NCBI GenBank assembly: GCA_001695645.1
Contig: LVZN01000030.1
Span: 1-6,100, forward strand
Length of the DNA stretch: 6,100 nucleotides
Source: Erysipelotrichaceae bacterium MTC7
Lineage (GTDB): Bacteria > Bacillota_I > Bacilli_A > Erysipelotrichales > Erysipelotrichaceae
Direction: 5' to 3'
Under the pieces are notes generated by a model. It was not told the origin of the DNA. It did not search any database and saw nothing but the letters and a program-made list of their open reading frames with translations. Position 1 is the stretch's first letter. Each line of letters starts with the position of its first letter. The translations under genes were made by a program, and so were the position numbers. Below are positions 4,859 through 6,100 of this stretch, in pieces.

Positions 4859-6100
4859 CTATGACAGTATAATCTTGTCTTTTGGTTTTCCATGTTTTTT
4901 ATTGTGGTATTTACGTAGATTGAAGCCAATTCCTACAAGCTTCATTTCTACCTCTACACCGCTTTCTCCTCGCCTTTGTAAACGCGTGTATTTGAAGTTC
5001 TCTTTAATATCCGCAAACGTTCCTTCCGCTTGTGAACTTCGATTACTTAGTAATTGCTTTCCACGACTGGTTTCCAGTAGTTCATCAATACGTTTCTTTT
5101 CTTTTTCCAATGCTGGTGTTACTTGTGCTGTACGCCCTTTCGTGGCTCTTGTACATCTGTTTCTTACTGGACATACCGCACAATTGGAATTGCGATAATA
5201 TATGGTAATCTTCGGTGTTAATCCAATGTATTGTACACTAGTTCTCTCTATATCAAATGCATGTCCTTGTGGACATATTGGTGTTCCGACAGCTGTTCTT
5301 TCAAAATGCACTAAGTGATATCGATTCTTATCATTTACTTTTTTCTTCTTTGCTTCAAATCCACTATATTTCAGAACCGCTTCAATACTATTTCGCTTGC
5401 AGAACTCATAATTATCATAACCACCATATCCTGCGTCTCCGACAACGGCATTAGGATAGTCATGATACTGTTTTTTAAATTCATTTAAAAATGGCTGTAA
5501 CGTTTTGATGTCATTTGGATCTGCACTTATATACATATGTGCGATGTATCCATCAACGATACCAGCTTGCACATTGTATCCAGGTTTGAAGACATTCGTG
5601 TGGTTATAATAATCGTACTTCATATGCATAAATATTGCATCTGCATCTGTCTTTGAAAAACTATTGCGATTGCCTAACACATCAGTAGCCATCGTATATT
5701 GCCACATTTTAATTGCACTTTTCTTAAGTTCATCAACTAGTTTTGCAAGTTCGTGCTTTCCACGTCTTCTACGGATAAACTTCTTTTCAGCAATATATTT
5801 TTCTATTCGTTCGTCAATCTCAATCAAATATTCTATGCTTGGTTCTTTAATAATCGAATACTTGATATTGATTTCGTTCTTTTTAAAATATGTATTGATC
5901 TGTCTAATGATTTCAATGCACTTTTTCCAGTGGCGAGGCTGATATCTTTTTTGCCATGCACGCCAAAAGAATGTCATTTTATTTGCATTAGCTTCAAACT
6001 TCGTTCCATCTATATATAGAATATTTTCTTCTAATGCTTCTTTGTCTTGTATGTATAAATATACTTGCTTAAACAACTCATCAATTGAGCACTTAAGTAT
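4859..6100 (-). CDS. IS1182-family DDE transposase, N-terminus outside the window
   Basis: The reading frame stays open to the window edge. The codons upstream of the track start read ILKCSIDE-LFKQ with no stop. Family motifs read by eye include YIDGTKFEANANK, SKTDADAIFMHMK...KPGYNVQ and GDAGYGGYDNYE. Others are the Cys cluster CAVCPVRNRC and the C-terminal NRSSQAEGTFADIKENFKYTRLQRRG...NLRKYHNK. There are no internal stops across 413 codons. Confidence 0.9.
   Translation of the reverse strand: MLKCSIDELFKQVYLYIQDKEALEENILYIDGTKFEANANKMTFFWRAWQKRYQPRHWKKCIEIIRQINTYFKKNEINIKYSIIKEPSIEYLIEIDERIEKYIAEKKFIRRRRGKHELAKLVDELKKSAIKMWQYTMATDVLGNRNSFSKTDADAIFMHMKYDYYNHTNVFKPGYNVQAGIVDGYIAHMYISADPNDIKTLQPFLNEFKKQYHDYPNAVVGDAGYGGYDNYEFCKRNSIEAVLKYSGFEAKKKKVNDKNRYHLVHFERTAVGTPICPQGHAFDIERTSVQYIGLTPKITIYYRNSNCAVCPVRNRCTRATKGRTAQVTPALEKEKKRIDELLETSRGKQLLSNRSSQAEGTFADIKENFKYTRLQRRGESGVEVEMKLVGIGFNLRKYHNKKHGKPKDKIILS
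4859..6100 (-). mobile_element. IS1182-family insertion sequence (partial in window; termini not determined)
   Basis: Inferred from the transposase gene. The near end must lie between about 4740 and 4858. I could not identify it without the other end for comparison. Confidence 0.6.

Noticed and set aside
4851-6019. Plus-strand ORFs 4851-5198, 5257-5454, 5664-5942 and 5753-6019
   Set aside because: All are antisense to the IS1182-family transposase ORF. They are Ser/Leu/Phe-rich shadow frames with no motifs.
1-6100. CRISPR array or tandem repeat array
   Set aside because: No regularly spaced direct repeats of 24-40 bp were seen anywhere in the window.

Overview
AT-rich DNA (roughly 30% GC by eye) that looks like a low-GC Gram-positive genome. 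The left half (296-3350) is one compact minus-strand operon. It has a sigma-A-type promoter, a 100-aa secreted peptide with a Sec signal, a ~667-aa eight-TM membrane protein and a 209-aa ABC ATPase. The membrane protein is built from two FtsX/MacB-like modules, each with a large extracytoplasmic domain. This is the gene architecture of lactococcin-972-type bacteriocin loci (Sec-dependent, unmodified). By eye the 76-aa Tyr/His-rich mature peptide does not resemble Lcn972, so it is the best candidate here for an undescribed antimicrobial peptide paired with a self-protection transporter. The right half is insertion-sequence debris. It contains a decayed IS21-family istB pseudogene with no istA, then about 500 bp of highly structured non-coding DNA. 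That stretch has convergent terminator-like hairpins, a long inverted repeat and a Lys-codon-rich micro-ORF. An apparently intact IS1182-family transposase gene then runs off the right edge. I saw no rRNA, tRNA or CRISPR array. Every homology statement is from reading motifs by eye, and no searches were run.
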